Below, piece by piece: positions 42,588-57,652 of a stretch of DNA of 64,000 bases. The DNA comes from Eledone cirrhosa. Its lineage: Eukaryota. The stretch is from contig OZ024743.1 in NCBI GenBank assembly GCA_964016885.1, positions 163,990,001 through 164,054,000 on the forward strand. The letters are read 5' to 3'. Below the pieces are notes generated by a model. The model did no database searches. It saw nothing but the letters and a program-made list of their open reading frames with translations, and was not told the origin of the DNA. A program made the translations under genes and the position numbers. Numbering within the stretch: position 1 is the first letter of the stretch; every line of letters starts with the position of its first letter.

Positions 42588-44540
42588 GTGCACGTTCCGA
42601 TAGTGCGAAAATCTCCAGGAGGAAACATACCCAAAACAGCTGTACACGTAGATCCTAAAATAATTAATTTATCTAAAAGAGATCTTGACAATGATGAAAT
42701 GCAAATTCTGTCAAAAGGACTGAAATTCACACCGACTCCAACAGTCAACCACCAAGAACTGAAGGAGGATACCCAAGAATTCTGTCGAAAATTACGTCTT
42801 GTAGAATTGTTCGCTGATAAAAATAATGAGAGTGATGAATCACTAGTAAAGAATAAATCAAATTTCACTCCGCCAAAAGGAAGAAATATCTATCTCGACC
42901 AATACATTGACATCCTGTCTAAATTCCCTCTTAGACGTAATACTAATGTCAGGCCAAACATTAACAAATCAGAAATGTCTGCACTTAAACGTATACGAAA
43001 TGATAAAACAATAATAATTAAACAAGCAGATAAAGGGGGTGCAGTTGTTATAATGGATACTGAATACTACAAGGATTTGGTTGAAGAACAACTGAAAGAC
43101 ACAACATTCTATCATGAAATACCGTCAAATATAGACCACAACATCATGAAGATCAACAACCTGGCTTCAAAATACCACAACTCACTTACTGATAAGGAAA
43201 GAGACTACATCACCAATTTTGAGCCAAAACCCAGCAATCTGTATGGCCTACCGAAAGTTCACAAGTCAAAAGAGATACAACTGGCAGTAAGAGAACAAAA
43301 CAGTGAGTACATTAAATTATTACACCCAAAAGACTTAAAACTTAGACCTATTATAGCTGGTCCAACATGCCCCACTCACCGTCTAAGCAATTTTGTTGAC
43401 ATTATTTTGAAACCACTATGTATTCACATACCCAGTTTCATCCGGGATGATATCGACTTCCTGTACCATCTTCCCAAAACCACGGAAACGAATTCACTTC
43501 TACTCAGTTTTGATGTGGTAAGCCTTTACACCAACATTACACATGATTTAGGAATAATACAGGGTGGAAAAACAGAGAAGTGATTCCCATTAGATTCACA
43601 GCGCCATTTATATTAGACGCAGTTAAACTTATTCTGGAAAACAACACTTTCTTCTTCAATGGAAAGAATTACATCCAAATTAGAGGCACAGCGATGGGAA
43701 CGAAGTTTGCTCCCGTTTACGCGAACTCTGTAATGGGATACTTAGAACAACAACTCTACCAAGAAATAGAGGAAAAATATAGTACTGACTTTAGAAAGTA
43801 CATTGAAAAATCTTGGAAGAGATACCTTGACGACTGTTTCATCATCTGGACAGAATCTCTAGATACTCTGGATGAGTTCAATATCCTCCTGAATAACCTA
43901 CACCCATCTCTCCAATTCACAAAAGAGATGAGTAGGACCAAATTACCATTCCTAGATATAATGATAATCAAAAACGACACCACCATTACCACGGATATAT
44001 ATTATAAACACGCAGACACCCATCAATATCTGAATTTTAAGTCGTGCCATCCACCTCATACAAAACGCAACATCCCATACTGCCTAGCCAGAAGAATTTG
44101 TACCATTGTAGAAGATACGAATACCATGTACAAACGCCTAACAGAACTAAGAGAATTTTTGCTCAAACAAAAATACCCATCTCTACTTATAGAAAATGGC
44201 ATACAGCGGGCTATAAAAATACCTATACAACAACTTAGAACAACCCAAGGAAGAAGAAACCAAGAACTGGTCATACCATTTATAATGACACATAACCCAT
44301 GTCACCAGAATATCTTCAACACTGCCAAAGCAAACCTACCGATCATTGCTCAAAGTAATGAATTAAAAGGCTTAATCACAGATCGATCTTTGACTCTTAG
44401 TAAAAGACAGCCAAAAAATTTGAAGCAATTGCTAACAAAAGCAAAGTTTGACCTTAACAACAAAGACCAATCATTCACTGTATCTAGATGCAATGATAAT
44501 CGATGCGGCACATGTCAATCCATACACGCCGGTCAATATT
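42588..44540 (+). mobile_element. PLE with near-complete RT, one frameshift, truncated at the endonuclease linker
   Basis: LSKGLKFTP, KQADKGGAVV, YGLPKVHK, LRPII, SFDVVSLYTNI, GTAMGTKFAPVYAN, RYLDD, LPFLD, RCNDNRCGTC. Confidence 0.95.
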
Positions 44541-45229
44541 TTCTCTGTTTATACACCTCCCTTTTCATTACTTTTGTCATGATATTTTTTGAAGAAAGCG
44601 TTTTTAATACCACTAAGGTTGACTTTTTATTTTTACTTCATTTGATAAAATACCAGCCATGCACGAGGATATTAAAAACAATGTTCATCGTTATACTTGT
44701 CTTACCTTTTTGTTTCTCTCTCTTTATTCCTTTGTTATTTTTCACCCCTTATATACGCCACCGCCCTCTGTACTATCTCCTTCACTATTTACATCCTCCT
44801 GTACTAATTTTCATCATCTTTTCTTCTTTCACACCCACTTCAAGCTCTCCTCCACCTCCTGTACTATTCTTTTTCACTCTCATCCACCTCCTCTATTAAT
44901 GCTCTCTTACCATTTCTCTCCCTCTTTCACGTTATAGCCAATCTGATCTTTTATTTCCTTCACACTTTACCTTGTTCACCCCTATTTCTCATTTTGCTGT
45001 ATTCTCCACCCTCCTCTTATTGTCTCTTTATCTCCGTCTTTTTTTTATATTTTTCTTATGTCTTTTCTTTTTCTCCTATGATCACTCCTATATCATCTCT
45101 CTGTTCTCTGCCACAGTCAGCTCTTAAACTCTTGCATATCTATGTTTTATTTAGTTTCCTTTGTTTATATTTGGTTATGTAACAATCATTTATTTGCCAC
45201 ATACAAACATTTTTCTTTGTCGAATAAAC

Positions 45230-45260
<31 letters not shown>

Positions 45261-45808
45261 TAAAGAAATATTATTTTTGTGAAACAGTTAACATTTTCAG
45301 AAAACTAAATGTTTATTACAGCAAAATGTTTTGTGATATTTAGTTGTGGTCCTTTTCCTTCTGAGTAAAGATCAATTTTGTTTTTAACTTTTCGTTGTTG
45401 ATAAAATAAAGTACGAGTAGTGTACTGAGGGATGATATAATCAACTTTCGCCTACCCCTAAATTGTTGACCTTGTGCCTAATTTAGAAGCCAATATATTC
45501 TTCAAATTATAAAAAAATTAATAATGAACATGAGATGGTATTTGGCTTAAATTAGATTAAGTTTTTTACGCCAACATAAAGAGGGGTGTATATATAGGAC
45601 AGTATTATCCTAGATATACAAAAAAAGGTTATGGACAAAATTCCCACTAGGGGTCTTTTTTACGTGGACCCACCGAAAAGAACTTTAGAGGAAAAAGTGA
45701 AAGGAAAACTTCGATAAATGACTGATTTAATGGGGTTTTTTTTTTTTTTCGTTTCAATATTTAAGATATTGCGTGTATCGATACCATTGTGTTATAACTA
45801 TTAGCTAA

Positions 45809-45903
45809 CTTTGCCTTTCATCCTTACGGGGTCGATAAAATAAAGTACCAGTAATACACTGGGATAATTGCTGGCCTTGTGCCAAAAGTAGAAACAATTA
45901 TTA
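45809..45903 (+). mobile_element. SINE family A, 5'-truncated
   Basis: TSD TATTAGCTAA at 45799-45808 and 45899-45908. Confidence 0.88.
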
Positions 45904-46614
45904 GCTAATTAACAACTTAAAATATTTAATTACTTTAACTAAATGTGGCTTCTTTCCTAACTAAAATTATGACTTTCTGCACTTTATTCCGTTCGTTCGG
46001 CTCAAAAATATATGATGTTCATGATGCGAACACCGTTGATCATAGCTTGATCGTGACTGACTAAATAACCATGACAAATGTCTTCTATCAGGGCTGACCT
46101 ATGGCTATACCACCACCACAACAAGGCTTTTAAATACATTTCCAGATAACTAATGGTCATACACATACTCGTTTATCAATTCAAAATATTAGTTATTGAA
46201 GCACTAGGCCAGTGCGTGTAGGGTATAGGCGATTTCCTAATGGAAACTAAAATCTACTTAGGATTTAAACTGAAAACATAAAAATATATAGTAAATACTG
46301 TGAGGCATTTTAATTTTGCTTTGGACAACTGTTTCTGCTAACCATCTAAACTATAATAAAGTAAGAAGCGCGGGACTGCGTACGGTTTATAATGTTTTAT
46401 CCCCTTAGTAAAATAAGTTGGATTACTTTGATTAATAATGAATGAATATTACATAATTTATTTGCTAAATTTCGTGGCTGTTCATTAAATATATTTTATT
46501 ACTTATTTAAAGATTCACTTCTTTAAAATTTTCAAATGTCAACACTTCCGGTTAGTGATTGTTTAAATAAACATACATATATTTCTGTCACTAATTTTCT
46601 CCTAATGCAGTTTA

Positions 46615-46975
46615 TATATAATATCGTCTTTTTTTAATGTATCATGGATTACGTTACTGATTACATAAGACAGTGTAACGCAGTCTTTGTACAATTTCTG
46701 TGTATATTGTCAATTACGATTTTATTTGATCATATCTACATGCATATATACTTGCGTATAATATCAATATACACACTACACATCTAGCAGATATATAATA
46801 TCATATTTTTTTTAATGTATCATGGACTACGTTACTGATTACATAAGAGACTTATAACACAGACTTCATTCAATTTTTGTGTATATTGTCAATTACGATT
46901 TTATTTGATGTATCATATCTACATGTATATATAATTGCGTATAATATCAATATACACACTACACATGCTAGCAGA
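46615..46975. repeat. Diverged ~180-bp tandem duplication
   Basis: ttttaatgtatcatgga..tacgttactgattacataaga..tacacactacaca occurs twice. Confidence 0.85.
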
Positions 46976-48829
46976 AAAACATCCAAGGGTGGTTTTTCTG
47001 CTAGTATTTCTAATGAAAGACTCTGCTTTTGATTTTCAAGTAATTTTTTAAATAATCTAGATTCAGGAGAGTTTAGTAATGTAGCAAACTTTCCCATTAT
47101 TAGGCTACTATTTGGAACGTAATGAAGGTTCTTTATAAATTATGATGGGAGGCTTTTAGCTCCGATACTATGGGCATTTGGTTAGAATGTCACAGGAAAT
47201 AATCAATGGACAGATTTTATGAGCAAAACTAATCGGCAGGAGACCCATATTCAAACAAACGAGTAAAATCTTTTCAGAGTGAAAAGTTTTCGTTTTTAAA
47301 TGATTAAGTGCACTAACTTTAAAATGTTGCTTTAAAAAAAAAAGAGCACAAATAACTTTTATGCATTCGAATGATTGGCAGATATGTTCTTTTTGATTGA
47401 ATTATGCCTTGTTTCAAGAATTACAAACATCTCCATAACTTAAAGATTCAAAGATTTATTTCCAAGCATGAACATTCTAAAAGTTTGTGAGTATAGTAAG
47501 TTGCTGGACCTATAAGAAATATGAAAAATCTGTAATTAGGAATTAAATAATTTATCGGAAATGTTGAAATTTTTCCATTGAACAATTTGTTGGTGGTTTG
47601 CGGCCTTGAAATAAAGTGAATGCTTGGCTATTCCAGCACCTTGGCCTCGCTATTACCTGTGGTCATTTTGTTTCTTTGCTCGCTTCAAAGACTTGGAGTT
47701 TCATAACAAAGAACCCACATAGTAAAAAATAATAAATGTTGATGCTTATATAGTTTTAGTTTATTGTTTATCGGATAAATTACATTTCATAATGTTAGCT
47801 TTTAAAAACTAAAAATAGATGTTCAGGTTTTTTTTAAAAATGGAATAGCTATCTCCGTTAATAGAAAATGACCCTTTGCTTTCATAAAGTTATGATTAGG
47901 GTCAGTTTTGTATCATAGAACTAAAAGCGATTTCAAACTGGTTGGTATCAAAATTGTTATTCAATGAGTGTGAGATAAGCTCAAAACAAGGTAAATCTAC
48001 GACGTGTGTTATTTTATTTCTCTTAATGAAGCACAAATTTATAACATCTCATCTCCTCTATTCTTGAGAAACACAAATTTATAACATCCCATCTCCTCTA
48101 TTCACCCGCTGAATCTAGAACAATGTACAAAACTATGAAATCAGTTTCGGAGTTGTACTTGTCTGAAAAGTGACTTTGATTTGAAACCTTGAGTTGAAAC
48201 TATAACAATTACATTGCAGAAAAGTAATTTTAGTCATTCAAAAACTCACAAAATCTTAACTTCATTTTAGATATATCATTTGTTTTTTTTTTTTGTTTTT
48301 TCTCTAAATGTTTGTTGCAAAGAAGGCGACATAATTTTTGGATATCAAGAAATAAGAAATCAATGTTTTCAACAATTTTCGCTACTACCCTTGTGAAGGG
48401 CATCATCAATAAATTTGTTGAAAGGTGGGTGAGAGTTGCGAGCCTGACGCTAATGAAAGGCTTATTCTCAGTGTGCGCTTGTAAGACCAGAGATTGACAG
48501 TTGGAAGAGGACACTTAGCCTTGATAGTCAAGTTGATCTGGAATCGTATGGTTCCTGATCGGCACAAGGTGTTTCTCCATCCACTTTTTGTAAGCTGACC
48601 CTATAATGTCCCCTAACTTACTACTACTACTACTTTACTATTTCGGTCATTAGACGCGTGGCATATTGAAGCACCATCTTGATTCAGTCTATCATATCAA
48701 CCTCCAAACTTAGTTTTTCAAGTCTGGTACTTATTTTATCGATCTTTTTTTCTTTTCTTTTTTTTAACTGCTAAATTATATATTTATATATATATGACGA
48801 TGATATTTATATATACACACACACACACA

Positions 48830-49300
48830 CCTTACTGTTGCTTGATGGAACTAGGGTCATCCTAGGCCAGCGATCCATGAGGCATCATCGTGCGTAGAGC
48901 TAACCGGGTCCACCAGCGCCCTCCATCGCTGGCGATTCCGTGCCACCCCTTCTATCCTCTAAGGTGATGTCAAGCTTCTGACAATTTTCCTCAATCACAT
49001 CTAGCCTATAGCTGCTGCGTCGAACAAGAGGCGCTGATAGGATAATCTGGTGGGAAGCAGAGGAAATGTCTGTACCAGCACATGAGGTGGGAAGCTACGG
49101 ACTAATGTGTGCATGCTCACTACTCTTTGTTGGAAATGTCGTGGTACTATTTGATGTTCCCAATGGTCCTCAGAGCCCTGCTAATGAAGGCATTGATCCT
49201 CTTTGCCGGGATCATAGAGGAGAATGGAGAAGACCAATGCATTGTAGATATAGAGCTTTGTCTCCTGGAAGATAGAACAGTGCTGCCAAAGGGGTTTCCA
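48830..49300 (-). mobile_element. Old RTE 3' fragment
   Basis: Manual translation TKLYIYNALVFSILLY..INAFISRALRTI..VARNRQRWRALV. Confidence 0.65.
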
Positions 49301-49764
49301 TATGGATATATATATATAATCATTGAAAAAAAAAAATTTAATTAAATTTACAACACACTTATGTGGGTTTAGCTGGCCTCATCTCAAGTTTCATCTCAGA
49401 GGTTTCTCAGCTGTTCTCTGATTATAAAAAGCAACATGAAATAAATTATTGTTCTCAAGAACACAACATAATGGCCAGTCTATGAATCAATCCCACAACC
49501 ATATGATTGTAAGTTCAACCCTAACCACAAAATTGATATATTGATTTGATTTTTGTTTTTCTCATGGTCTTCTTTAACAGTGATATCTGGTTGAACAAAT
49601 CACAAGAGAGAGAGAGAGAGAGAGTGTGTGTGTTGAAGGTGTGTAGTCTAGAGGTTCAGGGTGGAGCATTGTGTTTTTGAGCAGGACACTTCATTTAACC
49701 CTTTAGCATTCGCATTAATTTTCAAATGTCATGCTTATCTGTTCGCATTATTTTGAGTTAATCA

Positions 49765-49955
49765 AGGGCGGTGGATTGGCAGTATCGGTAGAGGGTCTGA
49801 CGCCATGCTTTCCAGCATAGTTACGTCCCTTTACGATCTGAATTCAAATCCCGCCGAGGTTGACTTTGCCTTTCATCCTTACGGGGTCGATAAAATAAAG
49901 TACCACTAATGCACTGGGTAATTGCTGGCCTTGTGCCTAAAGTAGAAACAATTAT
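49765..49955 (+). mobile_element. SINE family A, full length
   Basis: 18-bp TSD ATTATTTTGAGTTAATCA at 49747-49764 and 49951-49968. Confidence 0.93.
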
Positions 49956-50325
49956 TTTGAGTTAATCATACTCAAGAGGGTTATCAATTTTATTTGTTTG
50001 TAATTTTCTTAATTTTCTATTTGCTGGCTTGAAATTTTGTCAGTAGATGTTTAAATATCAATAATTTACAATAATATAATTTTACCTGATTTTTTTGGTC
50101 AAATTTGACTTTTATGGGCAGGTGAAATTAATTAATAGGGGCATTTGAAGTATCAACCAGGTGCAAATACTGGTTTAATTTTAAATACGTTGTTTTCGGC
50201 ATAATACTTGATATATAAGAATCACTAAACCTTATATCAGTGTTCCAGTAATTCCAGTCTTGGAAATTGTTTTATACCGAACATAATATTTACGGTAAAA
50301 AATGCTTGCATTTCCGCAGCATCTG

Positions 50326-50736
50326 TCAGTCGCCAAACAGATTGGGTTTTCCTCGATTTGAAATCTGTTGTTGGGCATATCGATTAATCTCTTCTTCCAC
50401 AACTTCGAAGAAAGTTTGTGGTAAAAACAAAAAGAAATAATCCAGTGCTTTAGGATCGGGAGCTAATGTGTGTTGTGGACCAATAATTTGAATAAAATCA
50501 GGAACATATATTAGTGTGGTATTTTTCAACCACGTTGCTGTAATATTTTCAATGGTGTCCTGGAGACCTCCTTCGTTTTCACTTTCAAAACAATCATTGT
50601 CGGACGAAATTTCAGAAGTATAAACATCAGATTCATTTGCAGATAAATCACTAATATTATCATTTATTTCTTGTTTATTCTGAATGTCGTCGTGTGTAAA
50701 ACCTTTAAAGTCGGTATCGCTACTTTCATAAACCAT
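50326..50736 (-). pseudogene. piggyBac-type transposase N-terminal fragment
   Basis: Acidic leader then ALDYFFLFLP..VVEEEINRYAQQ, as in PGBD-type transposases. Confidence 0.75.
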
Positions 50737-51535
50737 GTAGATACAAAAAAAAAATTTGTTGCACTTTCAAAGTTAAAAAAAACACTTGTTGTTTTAAGTT
50801 GTTTCACTATATTGAGTGTTAATTTTCGCGGTAAGAGCCTAATCTCGCAGAGATTTTGATAATGGTTTGTTTATTTTTAGAACGATTTTTTAGTGTGGGT
50901 GTTTTCGGGCGATTTTGGGCGGTTTGAACAAATGAAGGGGGAATTATGTGAGGGCGATTTCAGGCGGTTTGAACACTAAAGAGTTAACTCTAGTTTTCAT
51001 GTTAGTATTAGGGGCCGTATCATTAAAACACTTGCAGAACCTCCTACGAGATGTAACTTCATAGAAGGCCAGCTAAACTTATATAGCTGTGAGCTCTAAA
51101 TTTTCCATACTTGCTCGTCTCCAAAAGTGAAGTGGACATAAAATGAATGATGATAATGATGATGACATTGAAAGCACTTTTAAAAAGTGCTTCAATAACA
51201 CATTCTTTTCTTTCCATCAAAAAGAATTAAAGGCACCTTGAAAAATATATTAATCTTCAACATCATCTACTACATGAAACCACATTAGTAAGACATTCTT
51301 GAAAATATAAAACAACATTATGACTACATCACATTAAATATTAAATTTATTTTAGTTTACTGCAAATATTCACAAATATCTACCTGCCAATAAAGATACT
51401 GAGTTAATACCCATCTTTAAATATTTTTCTGTTAAATCATTACAGAAAGGTAAGAGTTAACAAATGCTGCCTGGGAATGCTCTCACAACATTTACAGACT
51501 TACGTATTGCTTTTTCTGGATCATCATCATCATTA

Positions 51536-51748
51536 TTAACCCTTTAGCATTCATATTACTCTATATTTACTATTGTATTTTCACAGAAAAGACTTTATCT
51601 CACATATCGAATCTATGAGATTTTGATATTATATATTTTGAGAACAATACCTTAATGTTGGTTTGAGCAGTTGGTTACGACTGGTTTGAACAGAAGGAAG
51701 TGAGAGAATTCTGGCTGGATATGGTCAGTTTAAATGTTAAAGGCTTAA
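51536..51748. mobile_element. TTAA-flanked MITE
   Basis: TTAA-CCCTTTAGCATT...AATGTTAAAGGC-TTAA. Confidence 0.7.
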
Positions 51749-52138
51749 GTCTGCACCAGCAAATCTCTTTTCTTTGTTAAAACATGTCATTGTTGTTTCA
51801 AGAATGGTATAATATAGCATTGGAAGAAAGCAGGAATGCTAAAGTTCTATGTTAAAACTAGAATATTGCCTCTTTCCATGTTTTTTATCAGCACTATTTT
51901 TGTTGCATTTTCGCTTTACAACAGTGATTCTCAGAGACTCGCGTCACATTTCTCTCCTTGCAACAGGGCTGTAGTTCGCAAAAACCCAGGTCATGTTCTT
52001 CCCCTTGCAATCCCACGTTTCCTAATTCCTCCCTATTTTAAATTGTCACCTAATAATTTTTAAGGCAAACTACTTTAAGTTCTTTGTAAACTGTTAATTC
52101 GTGATCACTTTATATATATATATATATATACACACACA

Positions 52139-55100
52139 ATATACACTACAGTTTGGTATATTAGTATTTCATTTGATATATACTCTATAGTTTGGTATAT
52201 TAGTATTTCATTTGATATATACTCTATAGTTTGGTATATTAGTATTTCATTTGATATATACTCTACAGTTTGGTATATTAGTATTTCATTTGATATATAC
52301 TCTACAGTTTGGTATATTAGTATTTCATTTGATATATACTCTACAGTTTGGTATATTAGTATTTCATTTGATATATACACTACAGTTTGGTATATTAGTA
52401 TTTCATTTGATATATACTCTATAGTTTGGTATATTAGTATTTCATTTGATATATACTCTACAGTTTGGTATATTAGTATTTCATTTGATATATACACTAC
52501 AGTTTCGTATATTAGTATTTCATTTGATATATACTCTATAGTTTGGTATATTAGTATCTCATTTGATATATACTCTATAGTTGGGTATATTAGTATTTCA
52601 TTTGATATATACACTATAGTTTGGTATATTAGTATTTCATTTGATATATACTCTACAGTTTGGTATATTAGTATTTCATTTGATATATACACTATAGTTT
52701 GGTATATTAGTATTTCATTTGATATATACTCTATAGTTTGGTATATTAGTATTTCATTTGATATATACTCTATAGTTTGGTATATTAGTATTTCATTTGA
52801 TATATACTCTACAGTTTGGTATATTAGTATTTCATTTGATATATACTCTATAGTTTGGTATATTAGTATTTCATTTGATATATACACTATAGTTGGGTAT
52901 ATTAGTATTTCATTTGATATATACTCTACAGTTTGGTATATTAGTATTTCATTTGATATATACACTATAGTTTGGTATATTAGTATTTCATTTGATATAT
53001 ACTCTATAGTTTGGTATATTAGTATTTCATTTGATATATACTCTATAGTTGGGTATATTAGTATTTCATTTGATATATACACTATAGTTGGGTATATTAG
53101 TATTTCATTTGATATATACTCTATAGTTTGGTATATTAGTATTTCATTTGATATATACTCTACAGTTTGGTATATTAGTATTTCATTTGATATATACTCT
53201 ATAGTTTGGTATATTAGTATTTCATTTGATATATACACTATAGTTGGGTATATTAGTATTTCATTTGATATATACTCTACAGTTTGGTATATACTCTACA
53301 GTTTGGTATATTAGTATTTCATTTGATATATACTCTATAGTTTGGTATATTAGTATTTCATTTGATATATACACTATAGTTGGGTATATTAGTATTTCAT
53401 TTGATATATACTCTACAGTTTGGTATATTAGTATTTCATCTGATATATACTCTACAGTTTGGTATATTAGTATTTCATTTGATATATACTCTATAGTTTG
53501 GTATATTAGTATTTCATTTGATATATACTCTATAGTTTGGTATATTAGTATTTCATTTGATATATACTCTACAGTTTGGTATATTAGTATTTCATTTGAT
53601 ATATACTCTACAGTTTGGTATATTAGTATTTCATTTGATATATACTCTACAGTTTGGTATATTAGTATTTCATTTGATATATACTCTACAGTTTGGTATA
53701 TTAGTATTTCATTTGATATATACTCTACAGTTTGGTATATTAGTATTTCATTTGATATATACTCTACAGTTTGGTATGTTAGTATTTCATTTGATATATA
53801 CTCTATAGTTGGGTATATTAGTATTTCATTTGATATATACACTATAGTTTGGTATATTAGTATTTCATTTGATATATACTCTATAGTTTGGTATATTAGT
53901 ATTTCATTTGATATATACACTATAGTTTGGTATATTAGTATTTCATTTGATATATACTCTACAGTTTGGTATATTAGTATTTCATTTGATATATACTCTA
54001 CAGTTTGGTATATTAGTATTTCATTTGATATATACACTACAGTTTGGTATATTAGTATTTCATTTGATATATACTCTATAGTTTGGTATATTAGTATTTC
54101 ATTTGATATATACTCTACAGTTTGGTATATTAGTATTTCATTTGATATATACTCTATAGTTGGGTATATTAGTATTTCATTTGATATATACACTATAGTT
54201 GGGTATATTAGTATTTCATTTGATATATACTCTATAGTTGGGTATATTAGTATTTCATTTGATATATACACTATAGTTTGGTATATTAGTATTTCATTTG
54301 ATATATACTCTATAGTTGGGTATATTAGTTTTTCATTTGATATATACTCTATAGTTGGGTATATTAGTATTTCATTTGATATATACTCTATAGTTTGGTA
54401 TATTAGTATTTCATTTGATATATACCACTATAGTTTGGTATATTAGTATTTCATTTGATATATACTCTATAGTTTGGTATATTAGTATTTCATTTGATAT
54501 ATACTCTATAGTTTGGTATATTAGTATTTCATTTGATATATACTCTATAGTTTGATATATACTCTATAGTTTGGTATATTAGTATTTCATTTGATATATA
54601 CACTATAGTTGGGTATATTAGTATTTCATTTGATATATACACTATAGTTGGGTATATTAGTATTTCATTTGATATATACTCTATAGTTTGGTATATTAGT
54701 ATTTCATTTGATATATACACTATAGTTGGGTATATTAGTATTTCATTTGATATATACTCTATAGTTTGGTATATTAGTATTTCATTTGATATATACACTA
54801 TAGTTGGGTATATTAGTATTTCATTTGATATATACACTATAGTTGGGTATATTAGTATTTCATTTGATATATACACTATAGTTGGGTATATTAGTATTTC
54901 ATTTGATATATACTCTATAGTTTGGTATATTAGTATTTCATTTGATATATACACTATAGTTGGGTATATTAGTATTTCATTTGATATATACTTTATAGTT
55001 TGGTATATTAGTATTTCATTTGATATATACACTATAGTTGGGTATATTAGTATTTCATTTGATATATACTCTATAGTTTGGTATATTAGTATTTCATTTG

Positions 55101-57652
55101 ATATATACACTATAGTTTGGTATATTAGTATTTCATTTGATATATACTCTACAGTTTGGTATATTAGTATTTCATTTGATATATACTCTATAGTTTGGTA
55201 TATTAGTATTTCATTTGATATATACTCTATAGTTTGGTATATTAGTATTTCATTTGATATATACTCTATAGTTGGGTATATTAGTATTTCATTTGATATA
55301 TACTCTACAGTTTGGTATGTTAGTATTTCATTTGATATATACTCTATAGTTTGGTATATTAGTATTTCATTTGATATATACTCTATAGTTTGGTATATTA
55401 GTATTTCATTTGATATATACTCTATAGTTTGGTATATTAGTATTTCATTTGATATATACTCTACAGTTTGGTATATTAGTATTTCATTTGATATATACTC
55501 TACAGTTTGGTATGTTAGTATTTCATTTGATATATACTCTATAGTTGGGTATATTAGTATTTCATTTGATATATACACTATAGTTTGGTATATTAGTATT
55601 TCATTTGATATATACTCTATAGTTTGGTATATTAGTATTTCATTTGATATATACACTATAGTTTGGTATATTAGTATTTCATTTGATATATACTCTACAG
55701 TTTGGTATATTAGTATTTCATTTGATATATACTCTACAGTTTGGTATATTAGTATTTCATTTGATATATACACTACAGTTTGGTATATTAGTATTTCATT
55801 TGATATATACTCTATAGTTTGGTATATTAGTATTTCATTTGATATATACTCTACAGTTTGGTATATTAGTATTTCATTTGATATATACTCTATAGTTGGG
55901 TATATTAGTATTTCATTTGATATATACACTATAGTTGGGTATATTAGTATTTCATTTGATATATACTCTATAGTTGGGTATATTAGTATTTCATTTGATA
56001 TATACACTATAGTTTGGTATATTAGTATTTCATTTGATATATACTCTATAGTTGGGTATATTAGTTTTTCATTTGATATATACTCTATAGTTGGGTATAT
56101 TAGTATTTCATTTGATATATACTCTATAGTTTGGTATATTAGTATTTCATTTGATATATACCACTATAGTTTGGTATATTAGTATTTCATTTGATATATA
56201 CTCTATAGTTTGGTATATTAGTATTTCATTTGATATATACTCTATAGTTTGGTATATTAGTATTTCATTTGATATATACTCTATAGTTTGATATATACTC
56301 TATAGTTTGGTATATTAGTATTTCATTTGATATATACACTATAGTTGGGTATATTAGTATTTCATTTGATATATACACTATAGTTGGGTATATTAGTATT
56401 TCATTTGATATATACTCTATAGTTTGGTATATTAGTATTTCATTTGATATATACACTATAGTTGGGTATATTAGTATTTCATTTGATATATACTCTATAG
56501 TTTGGTATATTAGTATTTCATTTGATATATACACTATAGTTGGGTATATTAGTATTTCATTTGATATATACACTATAGTTGGGTATATTAGTATTTCATT
56601 TGATATATACACTATAGTTGGGTATATTAGTATTTCATTTGATATATACTCTATAGTTTGGTATATTAGTATTTCATTTGATATATACACTATAGTTGGG
56701 TATATTAGTATTTCATTTGATATATACTCTATAGTTTGGTATATTAGTATTTCATTTGATATATACACTATAGTTGGGTATATTAGTATTTCATTTGATA
56801 TATACTCTATAGTTTGGTATATTAGTATTTCATTTGATATATACACTATAGTTTGGTATATTAGTATTTCATTTGATATATACTCTACAGTTTGGTATAT
56901 TAGTATTTCATTTGATATATACTCTATAGTTTGGTATATTAGTATTTCATTTGATATATACTCTATAGTTTGGTATATTAGTATTTCATTTGATATATAC
57001 TCTATAGTTGGGTATATTAGTATTTCATTTGATATATACTCTACAGTTTGGTATGTTAGTATTTCATTTGATATATACTCTATAGTTTGGTATATTAGTA
57101 TTTCATTTGATATATACTCTATAGTTTGGTATATTAGTATTTCATTTGATATATACTCTATAGTTTGGTATATTAGTATTTCATTTGATATATACTCTAT
57201 AGTTGGGTATATTAGTATTTCATTTGATATATACACTATAGTTGGGTATATTAGTATTTCATTTGATATATACACTATAGTTGGGTATATTAGTATTTCA
57301 TTTGATATATACACTATAGTTGGGTATATTAGTATTTCATTTGATATATACACTATAGTTGGGTATATTAGTATTTCATTTGATATATACTCTACAGTTT
57401 GGTATATTAGTATTTCATTTGATATATACACTATAGTTGGGTATATTAGTATTTCATTTGATATATACACTATAGTTTGGTATATTAGTATTTTATTTGA
57501 TATATACACTATAGTTGGGTATATTAGTATTTCATTTAATATATACTCTATAGTTTGGTATATTAGTATTTCATTTGATATATACTCTACAGTTTGGTAT
57601 ATTAGTATTTCATTTGATATATACACTATAGTTGGGTATATTAGTATTTCAT
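52139..57652. repeat. 39-bp satellite, about 140 copies
   Basis: Unit ATATAC[T/A]CTA[T/C]AGTT[T/G]GGTATATTAGTATTTCATTTGAT. Confidence 0.98.

Larger units (their letters stand above)
49695..50987 (-). mobile_element. Internally deleted piggyBac-like element
   Basis: TTAA-CCCTTTAGCATTC at 49695 and GAACACTAAAGAG-TTAA ending 50987; transposase N-terminus inside. The two ends may belong to different insertions. Confidence 0.65.

Noticed and set aside
44540-44899. Hydrophobic C-terminal extension of the PLE ORF as a membrane domain fusion
   Set aside because: Read-through into CT-rich low-complexity flank after truncation of the element.
52139-57652. CRISPR-like regularity
   Set aside because: No unique spacers, no cas genes, eukaryotic context; it is a tandem satellite.
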